Counted from the whole stretch's first letter, positions 10,490 through 23,608 are shown. The stretch: 63,980 nucleotides of DNA, filler included, from Fonticula-like sp. SCN 57-25 (GCA_001724245.1; 9 parts of 9 records of this genome joined end to end with filler, not necessarily neighbours in it); one strand, 5' to 3'. The notes: generated by a model not told the origin, from the letters alone. Numbers and translations: made by a program.

Positions 10490-12687
10490 TCAAAAGTCGG
10501 CGAATAGGCTCCTGTACGGGTCGTCCTGCGGCTCCACCTCCTCCTGCGGCTCGGGGTACGCCTCAAAGTTGTTTGTGTCGCCAGGCCCGCTCCACACAGG
10601 GACGATCGGCGCCTGCGATAAAAAAGAGTCAGCATCAGATCACGTGGATGAATAATGTGTCACCATATGATCACGTGAATATAGCATTGTTTCCTTCTTT
10701 TCCTTCTTTTCCCTCTTTTTCCTCCCTTCCTCGATCACGTGATCATAAGGAATGCCCAAACCCAATTTGCGTACGGTGAGCGCCTTGTTGATGAGGCCCT
10801 GCCAGTCGATCCCCTTGAACCACTTGTGGTTCTTGACGTCGGCGGCGCCATTCTTGAGGTTGCCCAGCCGCTTGGAGCGGTCGGCCGTGAGCAGCTTCTT
10901 GACCAGGTCCTTGGCGCTCGGGTCAAAGTGCGACGGAAAGTTGACGCGGCCCGCCAAGATCTTTTCATAGATGCCAAACGGGTTGTCGTCAAAGAATGGC
11001 GGATACCTAATGATCACGTGATTAGTAACAAGAATATTATCACGTGATATGGCTGCATGAAGTTCAACATGACAACGATGGATACGTAGATACAACGGCA
11101 ACCATACAGCTCAGACCACTTCCAGAGTACACTGTATCCATACAATTAACGTATCAATACCGTAACTTTACCGTAACGATACGGTAACTTTACCATAATT
11201 ACCGTATTCCCTTCCATCTTCCCTTCCTCGTCGTACCCTGCGAGCATCTCAAAGATGAGAATCCCCAATGCCCACCAGTCCACCGCCTTTCCGTGCCCCT
11301 TGCTCTGAATGATCTCTGGCGCCAAGTACTCTGGCGTGCCGCACAGCGTCCACGTGCGGTCCTCGACCTTCTTTGCAAACCCAAAGTCGGTGATCTTGAT
11401 GTGCCCGGCGCGATCGAGCAGCAGGTTTTCCGGCTTGAGATCGCGGTAGATGATGTCCATCGTGTGGAGGTACTCGACGGCGAGCACGATCTCGGCAGCG
11501 TAAAACTTGGTCATCTCGTTGGAGAAGCGACCGGCCTTGCGCAGGTGCGAAAAGACTTCGCCGCCGATGATGTACTCGAGCAGCATGTAGATGTTGCCCT
11601 GATCCTGGAAGGTGCAGTATCTGGGGGAAAAGGGTTAAATATTGGTCACGTGAGGGATGATGGAGATATATGGGTCACGTGAGAATGTTCACGTGATGAT
11701 GTGGGTCAGATACAAGAGAAGCACATCAGACACTTTACTGGGAGACACACAAAACAGACACAAGGAAGGAAAGTGAAAGAAACTGATATGATCACGTGAT
11801 GAACGAGAGAACAATGTGTCCATCACGTGATGCAAAAGAGAGTGAAAATGGACAATATCACGTGACAACCTTAATCCTTACCCCAATAATCCTACCATGC
11901 TCTCTTTACCCTATCTTCACCCCTACCAACGCCTTACTACCCAACAAAAGTACGTACAAATTGACGATGAAAGGACAGCCGACCAGCGAAAGAATGTCCT
12001 TTTCCGAATTGATGTGCTCCACCTGCTTTAACCTCACGACCTCGGCCTTTTTCAAGACCTTCATCGCAAAGAAAGTCCCCTGGGTCCGGTGGCGCACAAG
12101 GTGCACGCGGCCAAACGTGCCCGTTCCTGAGTCACGTGATTAGAAATGGTCAAGAAATGAAATAATAGGATGTTTACAAGGACCAGTACAACAAGAACAC
12201 GGACAACATAAAATGGACATCAAGGCAATGAAATACACAATACTAAAGTTTTAGCAACACCCGCGACGTCACGTTTTCTTATATGACGTCACTTTAATAA
12301 TGCCACACTGCTCCTACTACGCCACAATGTCCCACATCATCACAATTATGCCCACGTACCGAGTGTCTGCAAGAGCTCAAAGTCGGCGAGCTTCCAGCTC
12401 TTCTTGTTCTCCTCGACTGTGTTTGTCTCCCTTGGCCCCGGCGGGACGCAGGGCAGCTGCGCGACGGGCGCGGCGTCGTCGTCGCCAAACTGGCCGTGCG
12501 ACCCCGACACCATCGGGGGGAACTGAAGCGATGACGGCACGGGCTGCGATGCCGCGGGCGGCGCTGATGACGGTGTCGATGACGATGACAGGACATCGTT
12601 CAGCGACCCGCCGCTCTTGTCGCGCTTGAGCGTCGGCGTCGACCCGTCCTTGTCCTTGTCCTTATTCCGCTTGAAAAGGGATGCCAT
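10490..12687 (-). CDS. PKA-C: cAMP-dependent protein kinase catalytic subunit; exons 12687-12360, 12126-11958, 11620-11237, 11006-10775, 10612-10490
   Basis: [68 protein letters not shown]...FADF. All splice junctions are GT-AG and keep the frame. Confidence 0.96.
10640..12139. promoter_or_regulatory. Cluster of 12 TCACGTG(A/G) palindromes (E-box/CDEI/CLEAR-like) in PKA introns
   Basis: TCACGTGA at 10671, 10735, 11014, 11040, 11646, 11675, 11689, 11792, 11823, 11858 and 12132, TCACGTGG at 10640. A regulatory function is inferred only. Confidence 0.5.
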
Positions 12688-13859
12688 GGTGTGTGTGTGT
12701 GGTGAGAAAGAAAAAGGGAATCGGCGCGGGGATCAGTCAATCAGACCGGGACGCGCGTCGGGGAGGGCGAAAGGGTGCGCGAGGAGGCGCGGAAAGAAAG
12801 CGCGGCGCGGGATCTGCGAAAGGCGCTGGGAGAGATCTGCGCCTACGGGGAAACAAGCGGCGATGAGCGGCTAGTTAAAGACGATCGCGGGATGCGTCGA
12901 AGGGGGCAGCAACACAGACGAAGCGATGCAACCAAGCGAGGCGCGCTGGGGCGTCAGTGAAATTACAATTGCAGGGTACGCAAAAGCGCAGGGAGGCTGA
13001 AAACAGCTGGGAGCGGAAGCTGAAAGTGCGCGCTCTAGCGGGGAAATCGGCAAAAACACCGCCGGCAGCCCTGACCTGTGACCGCACTAGCCGCTGAACG
13101 GATGGAAAAGAGGAAAACGACGTCGATTACCATAACGGGAAGAGAATCTCCATTTTGGGCGATCGATTGCCAGTTATGGGATTCCATTGCCTTTTTTGGT
13201 AGCGGCGGGCAGTGGGCATGGGTGCGGAAGCCGAGGCCCGGGCGGCCGCGGGGGGCGCGCGCGGCTGGGCGGCAGGGAGGGAACAAGAGGAATGTACGCG
13301 CGACATGGGGGAGAAAGTGTTGGGCGGCGGCAGAGCGCGGCGGGGGAGCAGGGAAAGGCGCCAGACGAAGGAATGCAGCCGATTGATTGGACCACCCGGT
13401 GGGCACCCATCTTACCCTCTATGGGACCGCCCCCATGGGGGCTGACTATAAGCGCGCTCTCGCGTGTGCATGTTGATAGTTACAGTGCGTGCGCTTTGGC
13501 AATACTGTTTTTTGCTTTGTGTCCACTCCGCTACAGTCCCAGTAAAGTGTTGCAGGTTGCTGCTGTGAATCCATAGCGTCATTCCGCTCCTCCCATTGGT
13601 CAATCATACTGGCCAATCAGATCGCGCGGGTAAAAAACGGCCGTTTTTGCGCGCGGATTCGAAAAACGGACTCGCTCGCAGGTCGCCGTAGGAGACGGGA
13701 TCGCGGTGCTGGGCTGAGAGGGGCATAGGAACGTTGGCCTGCTTTGTTGGTGTACAGGCAAGCTTCGTAGCACCTCTGTTGGTCCGCTCTTCTTTTTGTT
13801 TTTTCCGCATTCCCGCTCCATTGTTGCCTCGCATTGGTCGAGTGTAGTTTTTTGGCGGG

Positions 13860-14401
13860 ATGCACATCACCGAGGTGATCATTGACGGCTTCAAGTCGTA
13901 CGCCTCGCGCACGGTCATCTCTGGCTGGGACCCCGAGTTCAATGCTATTACGGGTCTGAACGGCACGGGAAAGTCAAATATCCTCGACAGTATCTGCTTT
14001 GTGTTGGGCATCTCCAACTTGACGCAGGTGCGCGCGGCCAACCTCCAGGATCTCGTGTACAAGCGCGGCCAGGCGGGCATCACAAAGGCGAGCGTTACAA
14101 TTGTTTTTGAGAACAACGACCCGCGGAATTGCCCCGTCGGCTACGAGGACTCGAAGCAGATTACCGTCACGCGTCAGGTGCGCATGGCGGGAATGACACT
14201 GAAAGCAAACGCAAATCGGGCATGGACGGGAAGACGAATTCAATTTGGGCCCTCTTTTTCCCTTTTCTTCTGACCCTTCTTTGTTTCTTTTTTGCAGATT
14301 GTGCTTGGCGGTCGCAACAAGTACCTGATCAACGGCCACAATGTGCAGCAAAAGGCCGTTGCCAACCTGTTCCAGTCTGTCCAGCTCAATGTCAACAACC
14401 C
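13860..14401 (+). CDS. SMC2: Condensin subunit SMC2, N-terminus (truncated by contig end)
   Basis: [14 protein letters not shown]...[25 protein letters not shown]...[16 protein letters not shown]. Intron ~14178-14297, then [13 protein letters not shown]...[12 protein letters not shown]. Confidence 0.95.
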
Positions 14402-14968
14402 NNNNNNNNNNNNNNNNNNNNNNNNNNNNNNNNNNNNNNNNNNNNTTAATTAATTAANNNNNNNNNNNNNNNNNNNNNNNNNNNNNNNNNNNNNNNNNNN
14501 NTTCGCGACCCCCAAAGTATGCCGATTAATTGAAGGCTCACCTGATTGGTCGACGTGGACCAATCACGCGAGACCACGAGGCCATTTCCCCGGAAGTTGT
14601 CGCTGATGTCCGATCACCACATCAGGTCATATGGCAAATAGTGCCAAGCCTGCTCCGGGCGCTCTCGGCCAATCCAGGCCAGAGTCAGGCCCAAACAACG
14701 GCGAAATGGAACGCAATGTATGCGCGGCAGCAACTCTGCAGCACTGGCCACGTCCCACTCTGGCACAATGGAATGGGGATATACAGGGCAGTGTTACGGG
14801 TCCGTAAAGTGGGCCCAAAGAAAGGCAGAAAGGATCGAAATATATGCCCAGACATACGTCAAAGTTGAACTTTCATTGGCAAGCAGTGCACAGCATAATT
14901 TAGTGGCCAGTCTCCAATATACGTGCTTAATCATGCTGTATATTTAGAAATTACATCGAACAACGTTT

Positions 14969-17900
14969 CTAGCGCAAATCCTCTGTATCAGCGGCCTCAT
15001 GCGCCTCCTCTTCCGCCGAGGCGCCCTTTGCCTCCTCCTGTGCATCGCCATCGGCCACCACTGCATCGCCATTGGCCACAACTGCGTCGCCATTGGCCGC
15101 GGTCTCTGCCGTCTCTTCCACCGCCGGCGTCTCATTCACGACCGCCGCCTCGATGTGCTCTGCCGCGGCAAGGTCATTGGATGGCGGCACCGGGGTGAGC
15201 GTCCGTGAGCTGATCTCGACGGCGATCGGCGGCACCGCCTCGCCCGTGCCAAACACGCAGCGCGCAAACTGCATGAGGAAGGACTGCAGGACGCGGCGGA
15301 GCGGGACCGACTCGACGATGAGCATGGCGACGACGGCGCGGTGCAGCTCGGGCATGTACTGCGCGAGGCCGGACGCGCCCGGGATCGTGCCCCAGTCGAC
15401 GCTCTGCAGCTCCTGCAGGATAGTGACGACGATGGGGGAGCGCATCGAGATCTCGCGCTCATTCTTCTTGCCATCCAAAAGTAGCGCATTAAAGTTGCTC
15501 TGGAAACAAAAATGAAGCAAAATGCAACAAAATCACAGCAAAACAAGGCAGACAAACACAAAGAATACATCAAAGAAGAAACGTCGTGAGCCAAGGCCAA
15601 AACAAACAATTAAACGCACCATGTAGTCGAGGCACTCTGCGACGAGTGGCCGCTCGAGCTCGACCTCGCTGTTGCCATAGAGCCTGTAGAGCCTGAACGA
15701 GACGAGCAGGTACGCCGTGAGGGCGACCGTCTCCTGCTGGTTGAGCGTGGGCACCTTGACGACAAAGCCCGCCGTGACGAGCGCAAATCTCAAGTCATAG
15801 TTTTCGTTGAAGCGCGCGGCAAACTGGAACGACTGCTTGAGCAGCTGCAGCCAGCGCGACCAGCTTGACGCCGGGACGCATTCGAGCACTTCGACGGTCG
15901 CGACGTCGCGCAGACACTTTATGAGCTCGAGGTGCACGGCGACCTTGATGAGGATCTTTGCAAAGTCAAACTCTTTCGTGGGCGGCTGCGCGAGCTCGAC
16001 GGGCGCCGTCCGCTCAAAGGCCTGCTGCAGAAGGTCCGTCACGCGCGTCCACTCTGGCTCGCGGAAGCCGCGCGCGTTCTTGGTGATCAGCTTTTGCAGG
16101 CAGAGCACGCCGGTCTTGGCAAGGTTTTCATTCTTTTGCACCGTGAAGGAGAGCACGAGGTCGAGCACCATGTCGAGCACAGACGTCGACACGAGCGCGT
16201 CAAAGAAGACGTTGAAAAGTTCGACTTCGAGGGCGAGCGCCTGCACCCAGATCGTCGACGGCACGTCGGTCTTCTTGGACTCGGGGTCCTGAAAGTCCTC
16301 AAAGATCGGCTGCAGGACCGAGCGGAACAGCATGCGCCAGTTGTCCGCCGTAAAGGTCGAGCCGCTCGCGTGCAGCAGCGTAAACATCGTGTCGAGCGCT
16401 ACGGTAAAGTCAGAAAATTAATATAAAAACGTTATTCATACCCTTCTTCCTGACGGCGAGCGAGTTTGCGTCGATGACGATGCGCGACAGCTCAGAGAGG
16501 ATCGGGAACCACCGCAAAAAGAACTCGTCGAGACCGCCGCCCGCCTGCTGCTGGTGCGCCATGGAGGCGACCGCCTGCGAGACGGCGCGCACATTGACGT
16601 GCATCGCGCACGTCTGAAGAAGGTAGATGGCGCTCAGGCTAATGTCCTCGCTCACCTGGTTAAAGGCAACCTGGCCGAGGCAGTACACAAAGTCATTGAA
16701 CGAGCCGAGCGAGTACTCAAAGTATTCATTGTACACCATCTGGACAAGCGCAAAGGCCGACCCAACAAGGTCAATCGAGGGCTCCGCCGCCGCACTATTA
16801 AGAGCGTATAATTAGAAACACATAGCAAAAATCCACAAAACTTCAGTGATTCGTACCGCGAAAGGACGACAAAGATGGAGCGCCAGCCGGACCTGAGGTT
16901 GCGGTGACGCGCGCGAATCATCTGCTCGACCGACTTTAGCACAAAGTCGCGGATCGCAAACATGCGGTTCTGCTTGATGATGTGCTCAAAAGGCTTGAGG
17001 AACTCGTTCTGCGTGTGGTAGTGCGCCAGCTCCTCGCGCTCCAAAAACTTCATGGCGAGCTGGCGCAGCGAGTCGACGGCAAAGGTGGCCACGTTTTGGT
17101 TCGTGTGGCAGCCGACCGTGTTAAAGTACGCCTGCAGGCCGTGCCAGATCGGCGTCCACTCGAGACGGATGCGGTTCATGTTGTACGTCGTCAGCTCGAC
17201 GACCTTTTGGAGCGAAAACATGCGCGGCTTGGGCTGCTCGTCAACCTCTTCAAGCGACACCTTGCACAGGCTGCTGAAAAAGTGGACGACCGCAGCGCCC
17301 GAAAGCGCAGCCGAAGACGAGAAAATGCGGTCCACGGCAAGGATGAACGTCTGCGACTGGAACTCGTTCATCACCGCCTCCATTTGGCTACACATTGATG
17401 CATCAGCATGAAAAATAATACAAAAAATGCTGTGCGTACCTCTTGGTGAGCGGGTCTCTCGGGATGGCCACAGGCGCCGCGGCCGCTGCCGCCGCCGGGT
17501 TGGCGACCTGCTGCTCTGCCGCGGCCCTGCGGAGCGACGATTCGAGCTCCTCGTACGAGATCTGCGCGAGCAATTGGAGCTGCTCGAGGCGCGAGATGCA
17601 GTGCATGACGTGCGTCCACGACTCGTTTAGGTAGTTTCCGCTGCTGAGCGAGATATTGAGGAGCGTCCGGATCGCCTCGACGTGCTTGACGCGCAGCTCG
17701 GCAACGTTGTTGAGCAGCGTGAACTTTGCGAGCGCCTGGATGAACGTCTCGCGCTCCGTCTCGAGCGCGAAACGGCAGCTAATGCGGACGGCGCCCGAGA
17801 AGCCGTCGAGGGCGGTCTTGGCGACATCGCCGTCGGGGTCGTCGCAGCCCTCAAACGCGATCGAGAGCGTCGTGAGGATGGGCATCCAGGCGATGGTAAA

Positions 17901-20900
17901 CATTGGCCGGATGTGATCGAGGTGCGTCGCGTAGTGGTAAATGTCCTTGGACGTCTGACTCTTGAGCAAGTTCTGCAGTTTGCGCGTCAGCTGGCCGACC
18001 TCCATCTTGTACAGGTCCGAGCGCATCTGCGCCGTGAGCTCGCCGGCCGACGTCTTGGAGAGCTCCTGCGACTGCTCCTCCTCCATCACAATCTCGTTCG
18101 ACGCAATGTCGTCGTAGATGGCGCCCAGGTACGCCTCCTCGAGGTCGCCGCCGTTGTTGATGCCGCGGTTGTTGCGCAAAAACTGCGGCTTGGTCATCTT
18201 GTTCTTGATCTGCGCGCTGTGCAGGTCCGTATTGAGCATGATGACGGAGAAGGCCAGCGTGTAGGCAGTGTCGGCGTTGGCAAACACCTTGGGGTTGTTT
18301 TCGCAGTAGCGGTCCGCATACTTTTCCATCAGGCGGTCAATCTTTTGTGACTCGCCGGGAAGACGGAAGGCCTGCAGAAAGTGGCGCAGCGCAGCGGTGA
18401 AGGCCATGTCAGTGAAGGCCATCTGGTCGACAAAGGCGTGCATCACGCGGATGTTTTCCGCGTCGCCCTCACCGAGGTACTCGCCAATCGCCGCCTTGTT
18501 CAGGCTCGGCGTCTTGAGCAGGAACGTCGCAACGTCCTCGGGGGTCGTCCCGAGGAACTTTGACTCTTGCAAAAAGGCGACGCCCTTCTTGGGCTTTTCA
18601 TTAAACTTTTCCACGCCTTGGCGCAGCAGCTGCGGGCATGTGTGAGTGACAGGAAAGGGCAAGGGAAGGGCAAGAACAATAACACAAACACGAGCAATTC
18701 AATCTACCATCTACCAATACCAGCCATGTATCTTTCTCGTACCAGCTTGCGCGACTTCATCTCCTCAAACTGCTCGGGGCTGTCGACGCGCACAGCCGAC
18801 GGGTCCGGCGCGGCGGCCGAGACCGTCACCTTGCCGAGCGGGTTCTTGTCGAGGATGACTGGCTGGTCGTTGGGCGGCGTGCCGGCGGTCGAGCGCTCGT
18901 CGACGCTCGCGTTGCCGATGGTGGCGGACGACGAGTTACCGGCGTCCTCCTTGTTTGACCACTCGAGCAGCGAGTTGATGATGGCCACGGCGCACTGCAG
19001 CGACCGCAACCGGAACTTTTTCGCGCTCGCCGCGTCCATGAGGTCGAGCGCCTTTGCCGAGCTCGCCGCGGTCGCCACCTCGTTCACCATCGTCTCGTAG
19101 AGGTCGTCCGCGTTCACGTCGCAGTCATAGTTGATGTAAATGTCAATGAGCGCCTGCGCGTTGCTGCACACCTTGGCGAGGCCCTGCAGCACCATGATGC
19201 GCTGCGCAGCCGACGTGCTCGGCTGGTGCAGGATGCGCAGAAAGGTGTCCTTGAACAGAATCTAGCAACAGCCGTCAGCACACAGGAGCTACTAAAAAAG
19301 GCGCGCACCTGGATCTCGCGCTTGAGCGGCGCCTTAAAGTGCGTCAGGAGCGTCAAAAAGATGGACAGCGTGAGCTCAAAGATGGTGTTGTGCGCCGAAA
19401 TGGCGTTCTTGGACAGGTTCAGGCACAGCTCCTTGCGAATAAGGTTCACAAAGTTTTCGTTGCTGCGGAACACCGGGCCGGGGTGGCTCAGCACCGACAG
19501 CAGCAGCTCGAGCGCCAGCATGCGGCCACGCGTCTGAAAATTGTCACAGTCAGCTCACCGTACGGCACAGCAAGTACGCACCTCATTGTTGGACGAGTCG
19601 GCCGAGGCGGCGGCGTCGACATCGTCGGGCGCCTTTGAGAGCACGCAGAGGCGCTTGAAGACGAGGTAGACGTCCTTGCGGAGGATGCGGCCGTAGGCGG
19701 CCACCGTCGGGTCGTACGGGTTCACCCAGTCGCTGTTCTTGGCGGCGGGCGCGTGGTGGGCGTCGCCGTCGGCGGCAGAGCTCGTGAACGACGCGTCCTC
19801 GAGGCGGCGCTTCTCCTCGGCCTCAATGCGCTCAAGGTTGGCCTAAAACAGGGTGAGTGGACGCAAAGCGGGAAAGAATGGGCGCACCATTTTGCACGCC
19901 TTGGAGCACACGGGGTCCTTGGTCTGCGAGCAGTAGTTGTCCGCGCGCTTGTGGCACACGACGCAAAAGCCGTACTTGCCGGCTTCCGCGGCGCCGTCAC
20001 CTTCGGCCTGCTCAGTGCCATTGGCCGCAGCAGTCTGTGTCGTCTTGGCCTCCTCGCTAAAGCGCCAACATGTGAGAAAAAAGATGGAAAGTATCACACG
20101 CGAGGAACGCACGATTCCTGGCGAAGCCGCTGGTCGGCCGCGCGGTTAACAACCGAGACGGCATAGCGCTCCATCCGCTGGAAGACGAGGTTGACAATTT
20201 GCGTCAGGCTCGCCTTGGCCGTCACCTGGTTAACGACGTTCTTGCTAAAGAGAAAGATATTGAAGCACGTCTGGACCGCGCGCAGCAGCGAAACATCGTG
20301 GACCTCGCACGAAGGCGCGGTGATGATGGTCAGCAGCGCCTTCACAACCTGCACAAACCATGAGCCGCAAGTAAGAGTCAAATAACACGCACCTGGAGCT
20401 GAACATTGGGATCGTCCTTGGCGACGGTGAATGCGTTGGCAACAAGCTCGACAATAGAGTCGATCAGCAGCTTGCCCGTCGTAGGGTCCACCAGGGAGCC
20501 CTGGAGGAACCTGAGAGGATGCCAAGAGTCAGCAGCGGCCAATCGAGACATCGCAGCACGTACCGATGCGCGACGAGCTTCTGAACGCAGTCGAGCGCCG
20601 TCTCTACGATCTTTGGGTTGGGGTTCTGCAGCGCAAGCTTGAAAGGGGGCCAGTACTGGTCAGCATTGATGGCAGTCGAAGAGGCAAGCGATGCGGGCGT
20701 CGCCGACTTGATCTGCGCCTCTGGCGCGCCCTGGGGCGCCTGACCAGCAAGCGCCGCAGACTGGCCTACGACGACGGCCGCGGGTGGCGCAGCTACAGGC
20801 GCCTCTGACGTGACCTGGAGGAGATCCCAGATCTGTGTCAAAGAAAAGCCACGGGAAAAGAACACTGCGCACCTTTTCAGTCTTGAGACGGTCGAGAGCT

Positions 20901-20983
20901 GCCTGGCATGCGTCGCGCAGTTCAGACGAGCGGCCATACGACGTCTCACTCAATAGCTTTTCTATTGATATTTTGAGCAGCAT
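14969..20983 (-). CDS. SEC7: Sec7/BIG-family large ARF guanine-nucleotide exchange factor, multi-exon
   Basis: Sec7 domain FRLPGESQKIDRLM...AYTLAFSVIMLNTDLH; HUS box IYINYDCD; HDS motifs RMFSLQKVVE, NMNRIRLEW, FAVDSLRQLAMKFLE, LRSGWRSIF. Confidence 0.95.
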
Positions 20984-21134
20984 GGCGAGCGACCCTGCGT
21001 GGTTTGCCGCCGCGCCGAACCGCTCGTTGTCGAGTCACCTGGATGCGATTTCTCACGTTTAATAGTAATAATCGCACGCGATTTTCCCTATCTCGGTTGT
21101 CCACAACATCAGGGATCGTCAACAGGGATCCGCC

Positions 21135-21637
21135 ATGGACGCCACAGCGGCAAGCTCGACGCTAGCGCCTTGGCAGATAGTCAAGCGCACGTCAGAGAAG
21201 CGGGTTCGCGCATTTCAATATATGACAAGGTACGCTCGGTTTCCTTTGCGATACGCATTGAGTTTACTTACAATCGTCTACCACAGCCTTCACAAGGGCG
21301 ACTCTCATTTCTTCAACACTGTCAAGATCACGTTCGACGACCTTGCCATGCACTACTCGGCGGGCAAGACGAAAAAGCGCTCAGCCCAATGGTTCCACCT
21401 TGGCGTCAGTTTGGCGCCTTTGCTTCAGATCTCTGATCCGGTCGACTACATTCGCTCGCTGACGCTGCTTATGGAGGAGTACGAGTACGAAGTGAGCGAC
21501 TATGCTCGGCAAAAGATGGTACGCGCTTTCCCTTTCCAGTCGCTCTTTTCTCATACCCTAAGTAGCGTCAAATATTCCGGAAGAATAATGAGGAGGACGA
21601 GTTTACGCCATCGGCCACCTTTGCTGAATCTGGGCTC
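21135..21637 (+). CDS. Conserved uncharacterised protein, spliced, 3'-truncated
   Basis: KRVRAFQYM...HFFNTV...WFHLGVSLAPLL...YIRSLTLLMEEYEY resembles a conserved fungal/protist hypothetical family (from memory, not searched). GT-AG introns present. Confidence 0.55.
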
Positions 21638-21737
21638 NNNNNNNNNNNNNNNNNNNNNNNNNNNNNNNNNNNNNNNNNNNNTTAATTAATTAANNNNNNN
21701 NNNNNNNNNNNNNNNNNNNNNNNNNNNNNNNNNNNNN

Positions 21738-22228
21738 CAAGAAGGCTGCGGCCGCATCGGGCGGTACGTGCCCCTCTGCCTGCCTCCCACCCGTGTGCTC
21801 ACCCCTCTGCTCCCCCAGGCGATGACGGTGGCTCCTCGAAAGGTGGCAAGCTGAAGCCCGCGACGAAGATCAAGGTGCGCCACATCCTCTGCGAGAAGCA
21901 GGGCAAGGTGCTTGAGGCCCTCGCCAAGCTCAAGGAGTCCAAGATCCCCTTTGACAAGGTCGCTGAGCAGTACAGCGAGGACAAGGCGCGCCAAGGCGGT
22001 GCGTTTTAGCATGAGTTGACGATAAAATATACTGACACATTGCCATCTGTTTCTGATTTCGTGTTTACAGGCAGCCTGGGATGGCAGGTGCGCGGTGCGA
22101 TGGTGGGCGCCTTCCAGGATGCGGCCTTCCAGCTGCCCGTGTCGACCGTGAGCGCGCCCGTGTTCACCGACCCGCCAGTCAAGACGCAGTTTGGCTACCA
22201 CATCATTATGGTCGAGGGGCGCGAGTAG
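21738..22228 (+). CDS. PIN4: Parvulin-type peptidyl-prolyl isomerase Par14/PIN4, 5'-truncated
   Basis: [13 protein letters not shown]...[21 protein letters not shown]...[10 protein letters not shown]...[21 protein letters not shown]. Confidence 0.93.
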
Positions 22229-22454
22229 CGGGGATGATCATGAAACGGTCGGGATCCGCGCTTGTTGACATCATGTGCCTCTCCTCAGGGACGGATGGTT
22301 ATCGCTCTATTTTATGTTGAACATTACTGTATTGGTCAAATATTTCATAAATAATCCTTAATATTTCAGTTTTCCTTTGAAACAAAGTCAAAGTGAAAAG
22401 TATTATATAGTTCATCAAATTGGTCTATTCTCACATACATTCCCTATATACTCT

Positions 22455-23605
22455 CTATTTAAGCGCCGCCGCGTGGTGCCTCACGTGCTCATGCACGTAC
22501 GTCGACGTGAACCAGTGCGACCCGTCGTATCCCGGCCGCTCGCGTATCGTCGCCGGCAGCGAATCAGCGCGCTCCTTGCACGCGCCGCGGAACGCCTCCG
22601 TGCGCAGCTCACCCGCGTGGTGCAGCGGGTCGCTCAGGCCGACGTCAACAAGGGCGTTGCGGCGCGAGCCAGAGGCGGCGGCGAGCAGCACAGGATCCCA
22701 TTCCTAAGAATAAGTAAGCAAATGGCGAGTCAGCGGAGGAACGTACGGGGAAGGAGGCGGCGGGTGTTAGGCGCGAGAGGGAAGCGACGCCGTTGTCGGT
22801 CGCGGTCGGGTTGCAGATGGGGCCAAATGCGGAGACGGACTGGAAAGTATTGTGAGCGGAGAAATGCATAGCAAGTGATGAAAATGCATGAAAATGCCGT
22901 ATAATGTATGGCATGAGTCACAATATGTATGATAAAGACACCGCTCAAATCATAAAAAATATCACAGAAAAAGTATAAATACGCCCCAAAATATTGCAGT
23001 TCATCACATTATCATTTTAAATACACCATATAACATCTCAATACAAAGCGATGCGTACGTCGTAGAGGTCGGGTGCCCGGAGGCCGCACAGCAGCGCGCC
23101 GTATCCACTTTATGCCGCCGTTAGTACACGACATCAAACAAACTCGCGCGACGCACCCTGCTCCAGCACCAAAGACGCCCCTCTTGGGCGCGTGGATGTT
23201 GAGATCCTCGGCCAAGATTCGCGGCAGCTGCTCGACGATCCACGAGTGCATGCGCCCCGCGTACACGAGCCCCTGCTCCCCGCGCGCCGACGCGCTCACT
23301 GTCACAAACGGATGCGCTGTCAGCAAATGCATTGCGCCGCCCGATTGGAAAAAGTCAACGTCATCGCTGCCGGCATGCGGCAGCCAGTAGAGGATGCCCT
23401 AGCGCACGCGTGAGCGGATCGCGAGTGGGATCGCGGCACGCACGGGCGCCTCGACGAGGTTGCGCGGCCGCGGCGTCGTCCGCGACGGGGGAACATAGAC
23501 GGAAAAGGTGGTTGAAGCGACGCCGTCGGCGCCCGTGGTCGCGTAGCGCGACAGGACGCCGTGGAAGCACCGCACCCGCGACAGGAGCTGCACCCGACCC
23601 GCCAT
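22455..23605 (-). CDS. Esterase D / S-formylglutathione hydrolase homologue lacking catalytic Ser and His (probable pseudoenzyme); 5 exons
   Basis: RCFHG...FSVYVPP|ILYWL...RMHSWIVEQLP...VFGAGAG|GYGALLCGLRAPDLYD|SVSAFGPICNP|...DVGLSD...GYDGSHWFTSTYVHEHVRHHA is collinear with ESD. Confidence 0.8.
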
Positions 23606-23608
23606 CGC

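Noticed and set aside
11867-11930. CCCTA/CCTTA-rich stretch resembling telomeric repeats in a PKA intron
   Set aside because: Too degenerate; no consecutive CCCTAA units.
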